Shown: in pieces, positions 9,518 through 18,341 of the stretch | Layout of the letters: every line of letters begins with the position of its first letter | Numbering within the stretch: the first letter of the stretch is position 1 | Origin: Pseudomonadota bacterium | Lineage (GTDB): Bacteria > Desulfobacterota > Desulfarculia > Adiutricales > JAGVGV01 | DNA length: 64,000 nucleotides | Assembly: GCA_043806915.1 (NCBI GenBank) | Contig: JAZDGM010000024.1 | Coordinates: 31,240-95,239, forward strand | Direction: 5' to 3' | Notes under the pieces: generated by a model | What the model was told of the DNA's origin: nothing | The model's input: only the letters and a program-made list of their open reading frames with translations | Databases searched by the model: none | Position numbers and translations under genes: made by a program

Positions 9518-10818
9518 AAAGCCTGGAAGACCTACCCCATCGCGTGGCGTTTTTGCGCCACAAGGCCGAGGAAAAGGTCCGGAAAGACTTACCCGCCATT
9601 GACTCGCCCCGCTTATCCCCCGACGAAGCCCAACGGCTGCTTCACGAATTGCTGGTGCACCAGATCGAGCTGGAGATTCAGAACGAGGAATTGAGGCGGG
9701 CCCAGGTGGAACTCGACGCCGCTCGAGCCAAGTATTTCGATCTCTATGACCTGGCGCCGGTCGGTTATCTGACCATCGGCGAAAAAGGGCTCATCCTGGA
9801 AGCGAATCTCACCGCCGCCGCTCTATTGGGGACGGCCCGGAAGGCCTTGACCGCGCAGCCGCTCTCCCGGTTCATACACCCAGAGGACCAGGACATCTAC
9901 TATCATCATCGCCAGCAGCTTTTGGGGACCGAACGGCCCCAGGTCTGCGAGTTGCGAATGGCGAGGGCGGACGGCCCGACGTTTCACGCCCGGTTGGACG
10001 CGACCGCGGTTCGGGACGTCGAAAACGGAGAACGCCTTTCCCGCGCCGCGTTCAGCGACATCACGGAACAAAAGCGCATGGAGAAAGCGCTCCGGGAATC
10101 CGAACAAGCGGTTCGCCGTTTGAACGAGCACATCCTGAACATGGTGCTGGTCCTGTCCCACGATATCAGGGGACCCATCGTGGCTATCGCCTCCTCCTTG
10201 AAACTCATGCTGCGCGGCGCCCATGGGCAGTTGGACCAAGGCCCGGCCAAGGCCGCGCAAGACATCCTGGACCATGTCGTCCGACTGATGGGGACGGCGG
10301 ACGACTACCTCGGGAAAGCGGCCGTTGTCGAGGGGGCCATGGAAATGAACCGGGAAACGCTCGACCTGCGGCGGGATATCGTCGATGTCGTCTTGGACGA
10401 ACTATCGATGCTGATCACCGGACGCCAAATTATCGTCGACAATCGCCTGGGGGCCGATTCCGCCGCTCCCCTGACCATAAAAGCCGATAGGACCTGGTTG
10501 AAAGCGGTCTACCGGAACCTTTTCACCAATGCCATCAAATACGGCGGCAAGGGATGCACCATTTCCCTCGGCGTCGAACCGCGCGATTCGCATTATCGAT
10601 TGAACGTCTTCAATAGCGGACCGCCGATCGCCGGAGAAAGCCTGGAACGGCTCTTCGTCAAGTTTGGCCGAGTCCCGGCCCGGGCCGGCTCCGTCCCGGA
10701 CGGCGTCGGGTTGGGGTTGTGCCTTTCCCGGGATATCATCCAAGCCCATGGGGGCGAAATCTGGTACGAGGCCCAACCCGGCGGGTCGAATTTCATCTTC
10801 ACCATTCCAAGGCTGTAG
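9514..10818 (+). CDS. PAS-domain sensor histidine kinase
   Basis: Its start overlaps the upstream stop as ATGA. N-terminal HQIELEIQNEELRRAQ coiled coil, a PAS segment, H-box LSHDIRGPI, and a C-terminal ATPase region (GLGLCLSRDIIQAHGGEIW). Confidence 0.9.
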   Translation: MKSLEDLPHRVAFLRHKAEEKVRKDLPAIDSPRLSPDEAQRLLHELLVHQIELEIQNEELRRAQVELDAARAKYFDLYDLAPVGYLTIGEKGLILEANLTAAALLGTARKALTAQPLSRFIHPEDQDIYYHHRQQLLGTERPQVCELRMARADGPTFHARLDATAVRDVENGERLSRAAFSDITEQKRMEKALRESEQAVRRLNEHILNMVLVLSHDIRGPIVAIASSLKLMLRGAHGQLDQGPAKAAQDILDHVVRLMGTADDYLGKAAVVEGAMEMNRETLDLRRDIVDVVLDELSMLITGRQIIVDNRLGADSAAPLTIKADRTWLKAVYRNLFTNAIKYGGKGCTISLGVEPRDSHYRLNVFNSGPPIAGESLERLFVKFGRVPARAGSVPDGVGLGLCLSRDIIQAHGGEIWYEAQPGGSNFIFTIPRL

Positions 10819-10850
10819 GTCTTTGTGAACCACCTTTAGGAGTAAAAAAG

Positions 10851-12587
10851 ATGGCCCATAAAAGCGCCGACCACGATAAGGCCGCCGAACTGCGAACACG
10901 GGCCGAAATAATCAGCGGGTCCGCCAAGGCGGCCGCGCTGAAGGATATACCGCCCGCGGAGCTCGGAGAGCTGCTCCACGAATTGCGGGTGCACCAGATC
11001 GAGTTGGAGATTCAGAACGAGGAACTGAGGCGGGCCCAGGTGGAACTGGACGCCGCTCGAGCCAAGTATTTCGATCTCTACGACCTGGCGCCGGTCGGAT
11101 ACCTGACCATCGGCGAAAAAGGGTTCATCCTGGAAGCGAATCTCACCGCCGCCGCTCTGTTGGGGACGGCCCGGAGCGCCTTGACCGCGCAGCCGCTCTC
11201 CCGGTTCATACACCAAGAGGACCAGGACATCTACTATAAGCACCGTCACAAGCTTTTTGGGACCGGCGAACCCCAGGTTTGCGAGTTGCGAATGATGCGC
11301 GCGGACGGCCCGCCGTTTTGGGCCCGGCTGGACGCGACCGTCGCGCCGGGCGACGACGGCGCGCCCGTCTGCCGCTGCGTGCTGAGCGACATCGACGCGC
11401 GCAAGCGCGCGGAGGAAGAAAAGGATAAACTCCAAGCCCAGCTTCGACAAGCCCACAAGATGGAGGCCGTCGGGACGCTGGCGTCCGGCATTGCCCACGA
11501 ATTCAACAACCTGCTTCAAGTCATCATCGGGTTCACGCAAATCCTGATGATGGACCGAACCTCCCGGGACCCGGAATACCGCAGCCTGGTCGCCATCCAA
11601 ACGGCGGGTTCCAGGGCGTCGAGCCTGGTCCACCGGCTTCTCCAATTCAGCCGCCATGACGACGCCAACCGCAACCCGGTAAACCTGAATCGGAGCCTCC
11701 AAATGGCCCGGGGCCTGATCGAACGGACCATTCCCGCGACGGTCGCCCTGGAACTACGCACCGACGCCCGACTCTGGGATATAAAGGCCGACCAGGTCCG
11801 GATGGAGCAAGTCCTCCTGCATCTGGCGACTAACGCCGCCGACGCCATGCCCGAGGGAGGTCGACTTGTTCTGGAAACCGAGAATATTGTCTTGGACGAG
11901 GAATACGCCCAGGCCCACCCGGGAGTCCGAACCGGTCGATTTGTTCTTCTGACCGTCTCCGACACCGGCCGCGGCATGGACCGGGAAACCCTGGAAAAAA
12001 TTTTCGATCCGTTTTTCACCACCAAGGATGTCGGCCAGGGAACCGGGCTCGGCTTGGCGTCCGTGTACGGCATCGTCAAGAGCCACGGCGGGTCGATCGA
12101 TTGTTCCAGCGAGCTCGGTCGCGGGACAACCTTCAAAATATATCTACCGGCCATGGAACAGCCCGAGATCGACGAAGGCGGGGAAGTCGCGGCCAAGCCG
12201 CCGTTCCCGGGCGGCGCCGAGACGATCCTGCTCGTGGACGATGAAACCGCCATCAGGGACTTCGCCGCGCACGTCCTGAACAAATTCGGGTACAAGGTCC
12301 TGATCGCCGCCGGCGGCGAGGAGGCCCTTGCCATCCACGCCGACAAATCAAATAAAATCGATTTGGTCATCCTGGACATGGACCTGCCCGGGATGGAAGG
12401 CCAACGGCGCCTCCGGGAATTGCTCCGGATCGACCCGGCGACGCGGGTGATCATCGCCGGCGGGGATTCCGTCGCCGACCGGGTCGGGTCGGCCCTGAAA
12501 GCCGGGGCGGCGCGCCACGTGGACAAGCCATATCAGGTTAAAGGCTTGTTGGACGCCGTGCGGGCCGTCTTGGATGGCCAGGGATAG
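10851..12587 (+). CDS. Hybrid PAS sensor histidine kinase / response regulator
   Basis: AGGAG lies upstream of the ATG at 10851. PAS module nearly identical to that of the upstream kinase. H-box GIAHEFNNLLQVI, ATPase G-boxes (DTGRGM, GTGLGLASV), and a receiver domain (ILLVDDE ... DLVILDMDLPGM ... KP). Confidence 0.9.
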   Translation: MAHKSADHDKAAELRTRAEIISGSAKAAALKDIPPAELGELLHELRVHQIELEIQNEELRRAQVELDAARAKYFDLYDLAPVGYLTIGEKGFILEANLTAAALLGTARSALTAQPLSRFIHQEDQDIYYKHRHKLFGTGEPQVCELRMMRADGPPFWARLDATVAPGDDGAPVCRCVLSDIDARKRAEEEKDKLQAQLRQAHKMEAVGTLASGIAHEFNNLLQVIIGFTQILMMDRTSRDPEYRSLVAIQTAGSRASSLVHRLLQFSRHDDANRNPVNLNRSLQMARGLIERTIPATVALELRTDARLWDIKADQVRMEQVLLHLATNAADAMPEGGRLVLETENIVLDEEYAQAHPGVRTGRFVLLTVSDTGRGMDRETLEKIFDPFFTTKDVGQGTGLGLASVYGIVKSHGGSIDCSSELGRGTTFKIYLPAMEQPEIDEGGEVAAKPPFPGGAETILLVDDETAIRDFAAHVLNKFGYKVLIAAGGEEALAIHADKSNKIDLVILDMDLPGMEGQRRLRELLRIDPATRVIIAGGDSVADRVGSALKAGAARHVDKPYQVKGLLDAVRAVLDGQG

Positions 12588-12680
12588 CGGCGGCGCCGCG
12601 GCGCCGCCCGCGGGGGTCGACCTTTCCACTCCATACGTCGCCGGGGCCGGGGGAGCCTTGTTTTTACCGGCCGGCCGCGG

Positions 12681-13376
12681 CTAGACTTCCAGCCATTCCT
12701 TGCGGACCGGGCTGTCCCCTTCCATGTCTCCCGGGACCCCTTCGAACACGATCCGACCCTGCCCCATGACGTAAACTCGGCTGGATATCTTCAAGGCGAT
12801 GCTCAACTTCTGTTCCACCAGCAGGACGGCGATGCCGCTTTGGGCGATCTCCTCGATCAAGGACCCGACCAGGGTCACCATCTGGGGAGCCAACCCCTCG
12901 GTCGGTTCGTCGATGATGACCAAGCCCGGGTCGCCCATAAGGGTGCGGCAGATGGTCAACATCTGTTGTTCACCGCCCGACAGGAACCCGCCCGGGACGT
13001 GGGCCCGTTCCTTCAACCGCGGAAAAAGCTCGAAGACCTGGTCGAAGCTCCACCGACCTTTGGAGGACGTGTTTTTCCGGCCCAGTTGCAGATTTTGCAT
13101 GACCGTTAGGCCGGGGAAAATCCAGCGGTCCTCGGGGACGAAGCCAATGCCCTTGCGGGCGATTTCGAACGGTTTCAGGCCGGCCAACTCCTCGTCCCGG
13201 AACTTGACCGAGCCTTGGGGCGAAACCAGGCCCATGATGCTCTTGCAGGTGGTCGACCGGCCCACGCCGTTTCGTCCCAGCAGACTGACGATCTCCTTTT
13301 CCCGGACCCGTAGGTCGACGCCCCGCAGGATGTGGCTCTGGCCGTAATAGGCGTGCAAACCCTTGACTTGCAACAT
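12681..13376 (-). CDS. livF: Branched-chain amino acid ABC transporter ATP-binding protein LivF
   Basis: Walker A GRNGVGRST, signature LSGGEQQML, Walker B VIIDEP. Last gene of a livKHMGF-ordered operon. Confidence 0.9.
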   Translation of the reverse strand: MLQVKGLHAYYGQSHILRGVDLRVREKEIVSLLGRNGVGRSTTCKSIMGLVSPQGSVKFRDEELAGLKPFEIARKGIGFVPEDRWIFPGLTVMQNLQLGRKNTSSKGRWSFDQVFELFPRLKERAHVPGGFLSGGEQQMLTICRTLMGDPGLVIIDEPTEGLAPQMVTLVGSLIEEIAQSGIAVLLVEQKLSIALKISSRVYVMGQGRIVFEGVPGDMEGDSPVRKEWLEV

Positions 13377-14128
13377 CAGACCGCCTCCTTGCCCAAATAG
13401 GCTTCCTGAACCTGGCGGTTATTGCGAACCTCGTCCGGAGCGCCGGTGGCGATGAACTGGCCATAGACCAGGACCGAAATCCGGTCGGCCAGTTCGAAGA
13501 CCACGCCCATGTCATGTTCCACGATGAGCAGGGTTTTGTTTTCCGTCACCTGCCGGATCAAATTCACCGCGGCCTCGGTTTCGCTGTGGCTCATGCCCGC
13601 GGTGGGCTCGTCCAGGAGTATCACCTCGGCCCCGCCGGCAATGGTGACTCCGATCTCCAGGGCCCGCTGCTCGGCGTAGGCCAGCTCCCCGGCCAGTTTG
13701 TTCCGGCGGTCGGCCATGTTGATCAGGTCGAGGATTTCCAGGGCTTCCTGGTTCAGTTTTTTCTGGCGGTGACACAGATGCTAAAAGGAATACCTATACC
13801 CCCGCGGCCAGAGCAGGGCGCAGCGGACGTTTTCGAAAACGCTCATTTTGGGAAAGATGTTGGTGATTTGAAAGCTCCGCGACAACCCGCGCCGATTGAT
13901 TTCATGCGGCGGCTTGTTGGTGATGTCATCTCCATTGAGCTTGATGACGCCTCCCGAGACGTCGTAAAACCCGCTGATAAGATTGAACAGCGTCGATTTG
14001 CCCGCGCCGTTGGGACCGATGATGGCGTGCCGCTCCCCCCGGCGCACCGCCAACCGGACGCGGTTGATGATCGCGCTCTTGCCGAAATTCTTATCGACGT
14101 CGATGAGTTCCAGGGCTTCGCCGTTCAT
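13376..14128 (-). pseudogene. livG: LivG-type ABC ATP-binding protein interrupted by a single in-frame TAG (13781-13783)
   Basis: The N-terminal half has Walker A GPNGAGKST and ends ...ALLWPRGYRYSF(TAG). The same frame continues HLCHRQKKLNQEALEILDLINMADRRNKLAGELAYAEQRALEIG... with Walker B ILLDEP. There is no frameshift. The ATGA overlap with livM and the TGATG overlap with livF are both intact. Confidence 0.85.
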
Positions 14129-15414
14129 GGATTCATGGCTCCCGTTTCCTTTAATTCGCGGTGCGCCTGTCGCCAAGCGTTCCTAGCCATTCTCGCGGTC
14201 GGCCGAAACAAAAGGTATCCGACCGCTATCAAGGACAGGGACAGGGCCCAGGGCGCGGTTGACTGGGCGTGGAACTCGATCCCCACAAAATTCATGGCCT
14301 TTTCGGGATCGATGCTCAGGGACAGGTGGTAGTTGAGTTCTATCAGCAGCATGAAGCCCGTGAACAGGACCAGGGCCGGCCCGGCGACGATAACGTAGGA
14401 CTTCAACAGCTTGCCCAGCTTCCCGCCCCGCCGCAAGGGTTCGTGCATCATGATCAACCCGGCCAGGCCGCCGGGCGCCCAGAGCAGCAGGGCGACGAAC
14501 ATGAGGCCATAGTAGAGGACCCAGGCATGGGTTATGGTCGAGAGCAACAGCTCCATCAAGGTGATCAGGACGGCCCCCAGGATCGGTCCGAAAAAGTACC
14601 CCACCCCGCCGATGTAGGTCATCATCAAGACATTGGCCGAGGTGAGTTGCCCCACGACTTCCGCGGTGACGATTTCATAGTTCAGGGCGAACATGCCTCC
14701 GGCGATGCCGGCGAAAAAAGCGGCCTGGGCGAACTGGAGGGTCCTGACGCCGTGGGTGTCGTACCCCACGAAGGCGGTCCGTTCCGGATTGTCCCGCACC
14801 GCGCCGGCCATGCGGCCCAGGGGCGTTTGGGTCTGGAGTTTCATCAGGACAATGCTGACCAGCATCCAGAAGACCACAAGATAATAAACCTCGATCTGTT
14901 GGCCGAAACCGAAGGGGGTCAGGGTGATCCTGGCCATGCGGTCCCCGGACACGCCTTCCTCCCCGCCGAAAAAGCTGGGAAGCATCAAGGCGCTCGCGGC
15001 GATCAGCTCCCCCAGGCCCAGGGAGATGAGGGCGAAGGGCGTGCCGGCTCGCCTGGTGGAGATATACCCGAACAGCAGGCCCGCGACCAGGGCCCCCAGG
15101 CCGCCGCACAGAGGTAGAATTTCCAGCGGCAAGGGCAGGCGGCCGTCATTGACCATGTTCAAGGCGTGCATGGTGAAAAAGCCGCCCAGGCCGAAAAAAA
15201 CGGCGTGGCCGAACGACAGCAGGCCGCACTGGCCCAGCAGCATGTTGTAGGACAGCGCGAAGGTGATGGCGATGCACATTTCGATGAGCACCGAGAGCAT
15301 GAACCTCGAATGAAATAGGTGCGGCAGGATAACCGCCGCCGCCAGGAGCCCCAGCGGAAGGGCCGCGCGCCGCCACAAGCCGGCGGTCGCCGCTGATTGT
15401 TGATTGCGACTCAT
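14125..15414 (-). CDS. livM: Branched-chain amino acid ABC transporter permease LivM
   Basis: Polytopic membrane protein in the livM position. Overlaps livH and livG by 4 nt each. Confidence 0.9.
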   Translation of the reverse strand: MSRNQQSAATAGLWRRAALPLGLLAAAVILPHLFHSRFMLSVLIEMCIAITFALSYNMLLGQCGLLSFGHAVFFGLGGFFTMHALNMVNDGRLPLPLEILPLCGGLGALVAGLLFGYISTRRAGTPFALISLGLGELIAASALMLPSFFGGEEGVSGDRMARITLTPFGFGQQIEVYYLVVFWMLVSIVLMKLQTQTPLGRMAGAVRDNPERTAFVGYDTHGVRTLQFAQAAFFAGIAGGMFALNYEIVTAEVVGQLTSANVLMMTYIGGVGYFFGPILGAVLITLMELLLSTITHAWVLYYGLMFVALLLWAPGGLAGLIMMHEPLRRGGKLGKLLKSYVIVAGPALVLFTGFMLLIELNYHLSLSIDPEKAMNFVGIEFHAQSTAPWALSLSLIAVGYLLFRPTARMARNAWRQAHRELKETGAMNP

Positions 15415-16367
15415 GTTTCACGCGTCCCCATAAGCCCCTTGGGCCGGAAAATAAGCACCAGCACCAGGAACAAGTACGGCAGGATCGGACCGGTATGGGC
15501 GATTTCTATCCGAAAAAGGTCGGACAGCAGGCCGGGGCCGCTCAAATTGATTTTAACGCCCGCCAGGGCGAATAAATCCGTCAAGGAATATTCCAAGCCC
15601 ACGGCGAAGGTCTGAATCACGCCCAACAACAACGAAGCCACGAACGCTCCGGTCAGGGAGCCCATGCCGCCGACCACCACCACCACGAAGACGATCGGCC
15701 CTAGCATGCGGGACATGCCCGGGTCCGTGATCAGGTAGTTGCCGCCGATCACCCCCGCCAAGGCCGCCAAGGCGCTGCCGCCCCCGAACACCATCATGAA
15801 GACCAGGGGGACGTTGTGCCCCAGGGCGCTGACCCCGTCCGGATGGGTCAAGGCGGCCTGGATGATCAAACCGACGCGGGTGCGGGTCAGGACCAGGAAC
15901 AGGACGCCGAACATGAACAGGGCCACCAGGAGCATAAAGGCGCGGTAAGCGGAAAAGTCGGTGGTGAACAGCGTGAACAACGGGAAATCCAGGGCCGCGG
16001 GCACGCGATAATTCATGGCGCTGCGGCCCCAGATCAAAATCACCGCTTCCTCGATCAGAAAGGCCACGCCCACCGTGAACAGCAGTTCGGCCACATGGCC
16101 GTATTTGTGGACCTTGCGCAAGCCGTACCGCTCGATGGCGGCGCCCAGGGCGAAGGCCAGAAGCGGGGAGATGATCAAGGCCGGCCAGAAACCCACCGCC
16201 ACGCTGACCTGATAGGCGAAATACGCCCCCAGCATGTAAAAGCTGGCGTGAGCGAAATTCAAGACCCCCATCATGCTGAAAATCAGGGTCAAGCCGCTGG
16301 ACAGCATGAACAGGAGCATGCCGTAAAGCAAACTGTTGAGGAGGGAAAAAATGATGTATTCAGCCAT
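15411..16367 (-). CDS. livH: Branched-chain amino acid ABC transporter permease LivH
   Basis: Polytopic membrane protein starting MAEYIIFSLLNSLLYG. The ATG at 16367 is preferred over the TTG at 16379. Confidence 0.9.
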   Translation of the reverse strand: MAEYIIFSLLNSLLYGMLLFMLSSGLTLIFSMMGVLNFAHASFYMLGAYFAYQVSVAVGFWPALIISPLLAFALGAAIERYGLRKVHKYGHVAELLFTVGVAFLIEEAVILIWGRSAMNYRVPAALDFPLFTLFTTDFSAYRAFMLLVALFMFGVLFLVLTRTRVGLIIQAALTHPDGVSALGHNVPLVFMMVFGGGSALAALAGVIGGNYLITDPGMSRMLGPIVFVVVVVGGMGSLTGAFVASLLLGVIQTFAVGLEYSLTDLFALAGVKINLSGPGLLSDLFRIEIAHTGPILPYLFLVLVLIFRPKGLMGTRET

Positions 16368-16444
16368 TGCGGTCCCCAAGGGCCGCCCGCTTGAAACGTC
16401 AAGCGGGCGGCCGGCGCGTTTTGTTGGTGAAGAGCGGGGTTAGG

Positions 16445-17728
16445 TTATTTCGCGGGCCGTTCCATTTTGCACACGGTCGGCTTCATGGTCTGCTCCGTTT
16501 CCACGCGCATGTCGGTCCGCCATCCCAGGCCGGTGTCTTCCACATCCAAGGGCACGGAATCGGTCCCGGCCTTGACCATGGTGGAAATAAACATCGGCTG
16601 GTAAAGCTGGTGGTCGTCGGCCCGCATGATCACCTGGCCGTATCGGGTGTCGTACTTCATGCCCTCGAGGGCGAAAGCCACGGCCTTGGGGTCGACTTTT
16701 CCAACCGTGTCAATGGCCTTGGTAACCATTTCCATCATGGTCCGAATGCGGTCGTAGTAGAATTCCAGGGTGGAATAATTGCCGACGGCGTATTTCGTTT
16801 GAAAACCCTCGTAGAAGGTCTTGTCATCGGGCTGGTTGTTTTCCTTCCACAAGTTGTTGTGCCATTCCGTGACCTGCTTGACCCGGTTTTCGCCGGCTTC
16901 GCCGATGGCCGCCGGACTGCCCAGGCCGCCGCCGTAAAAGGTGTAGAACTCCGCGGTCAAGCCGGCTTCCTTGGCTGCCTTGACCAGCAGGGATTGGTCG
17001 GCGCCCCAGTTGCCGGTGATGATCACGGTCGCTCCGGAAGCCTGGATTTTAGCCACGTACGGCGAAAAATCCTTGACCTTGCCCAGGGGATGGAAGGAAT
17101 CGCCCACGATTTCGATATCGGGACGTTTTTTGGCCAACATGGCCTTGGAAGCGTCGCTGACGGCGTGACCGAAAATATAGTCCTGGTTGATCAGATATAC
17201 TTTCTTGACCTCGGGCCGGGCCTTGATGTGCTCGGTGATGACGTCGATTTTGATGTCGACGTGGGCGTCAAAGCGGAAATGCCAGAAGCTGCATTGTTCT
17301 TCCGTGAACGACGGAGTGACGGCGGCGTAGTTGAAAAACACAACCGGATCGGCGGGGTTGCGTTTGTTGTGCTTTTCCAGGGCCTCGATGATCGCCGCCG
17401 CGTTGGCCGAACCATTGCCCTGGGTGACGAAACGGATGCCCTGGTCGATGGCGTTTTGCAACTGGATCAGGGTTTCCTTGGGGCTGACCTTGTTGTCGAA
17501 AGCCACTATTTCCCAATTCTTGCCCGCGACCCCGCCCCGGGCGTTGATCAGGTCGGCCATGTACTGAAAATGCTTCTGTCCGGCGTCGCCGACGTTCCCG
17601 AACGGTCCGGACAACGGATCGATGTAGGCCAGCTTGACCGTATCCGCCGCCAGGGCCTGCACGCTGAAAAGCAGGGTCAAGCCCACTACCACCGCCAACA
17701 GGGTCTCTTTAAACTTTCTCCGCTGCAT
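16445..17728 (-). CDS. Periplasmic amino-acid-binding protein of ABC transporter (LivK/LivJ family)
   Basis: Signal peptide MQRRKFKETLLAVVVGLTLLFSVQALA, a type I periplasmic binding fold length (427 aa), and first position in the liv operon. Confidence 0.88.
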   Translation of the reverse strand: MQRRKFKETLLAVVVGLTLLFSVQALAADTVKLAYIDPLSGPFGNVGDAGQKHFQYMADLINARGGVAGKNWEIVAFDNKVSPKETLIQLQNAIDQGIRFVTQGNGSANAAAIIEALEKHNKRNPADPVVFFNYAAVTPSFTEEQCSFWHFRFDAHVDIKIDVITEHIKARPEVKKVYLINQDYIFGHAVSDASKAMLAKKRPDIEIVGDSFHPLGKVKDFSPYVAKIQASGATVIITGNWGADQSLLVKAAKEAGLTAEFYTFYGGGLGSPAAIGEAGENRVKQVTEWHNNLWKENNQPDDKTFYEGFQTKYAVGNYSTLEFYYDRIRTMMEMVTKAIDTVGKVDPKAVAFALEGMKYDTRYGQVIMRADDHQLYQPMFISTMVKAGTDSVPLDVEDTGLGWRTDMRVETEQTMKPTVCKMERPAK

Positions 17729-18341
17729 TCAATTCTCCTCTCTGTTTCCATGTGGTTGATTCGCCAAAATAAAACTTCGCCCCGCGGCGCCCCGGCCAAT
17801 TCCGGCGCCCGGCCATCCCTGTTCCACGCCCCGGACTGGCCGGGCTCGAAGCACGCGGGGGGCCGGTCCGAGCAAATATCCGGGCAGGACCCGGCCCGAG
17901 GGCGGTCGAAGGGACGGTTAAAAAAACCTAGACAATCCAAATTCCCCGCGACGGAGAGCGTCGCGCGGGTCAACGCGGAAAACTGTCCGCGTTCAAGCCT
18001 GCCTTGACCTCTCCGTGTCGGCCAAAACATAGAACCACACTGCATATTTTTAATTTGGTAAATGCTATTCCATCGGGGAGAGCTTGTCAAGAAAAAAACA
18101 AGGCCGCCTACTATTTGGTAACGACCTGATTTAATTTATTATATATATTTTTTTAGCCAAAGGGGCAAAATTAGGTTGCTAAATAACCATTTATATGACC
18201 AGAATAACGTTCAAATTGCGAACGAACTGAATTTCATTAGGGCGACCGGCCGGCGACCATCGCCCGGCCGCGAAACCCGGCTAGGGCCGCGAGGCCCTTT
18301 TCCGCGGGATCGACCATCACTCGACTGGAGGGCCGGCGACA

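Noticed and set aside
10719-10850. Extended upstream starts offered by the ORF track: 10719 for kinase 2, 32436 for the GntR gene, 53990 for the aldehyde oxidoreductase, 48936 for the CGGC protein, and 22035 for the ThiF-like gene.
   Set aside because: The extensions overlap upstream genes or repeat elements, encode Arg/Pro-rich junk, and lack an RBS. Internal ATG codons with Shine-Dalgarno sequences coincide with the start of family homology.
13781-13783. Reading the in-frame TAG in livG as pyrrolysine or as evidence of amber reassignment, tempting because MttB-family genes are nearby.
   Set aside because: Both MttB homologs here are uninterrupted non-Pyl types. No pylT or pylSBCD is visible in the window. 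TAG clearly terminates several well-defined genes here (ccsA, both histidine kinases). A simple TGG-to-TAG nonsense change or a sequencing error is more parsimonious.
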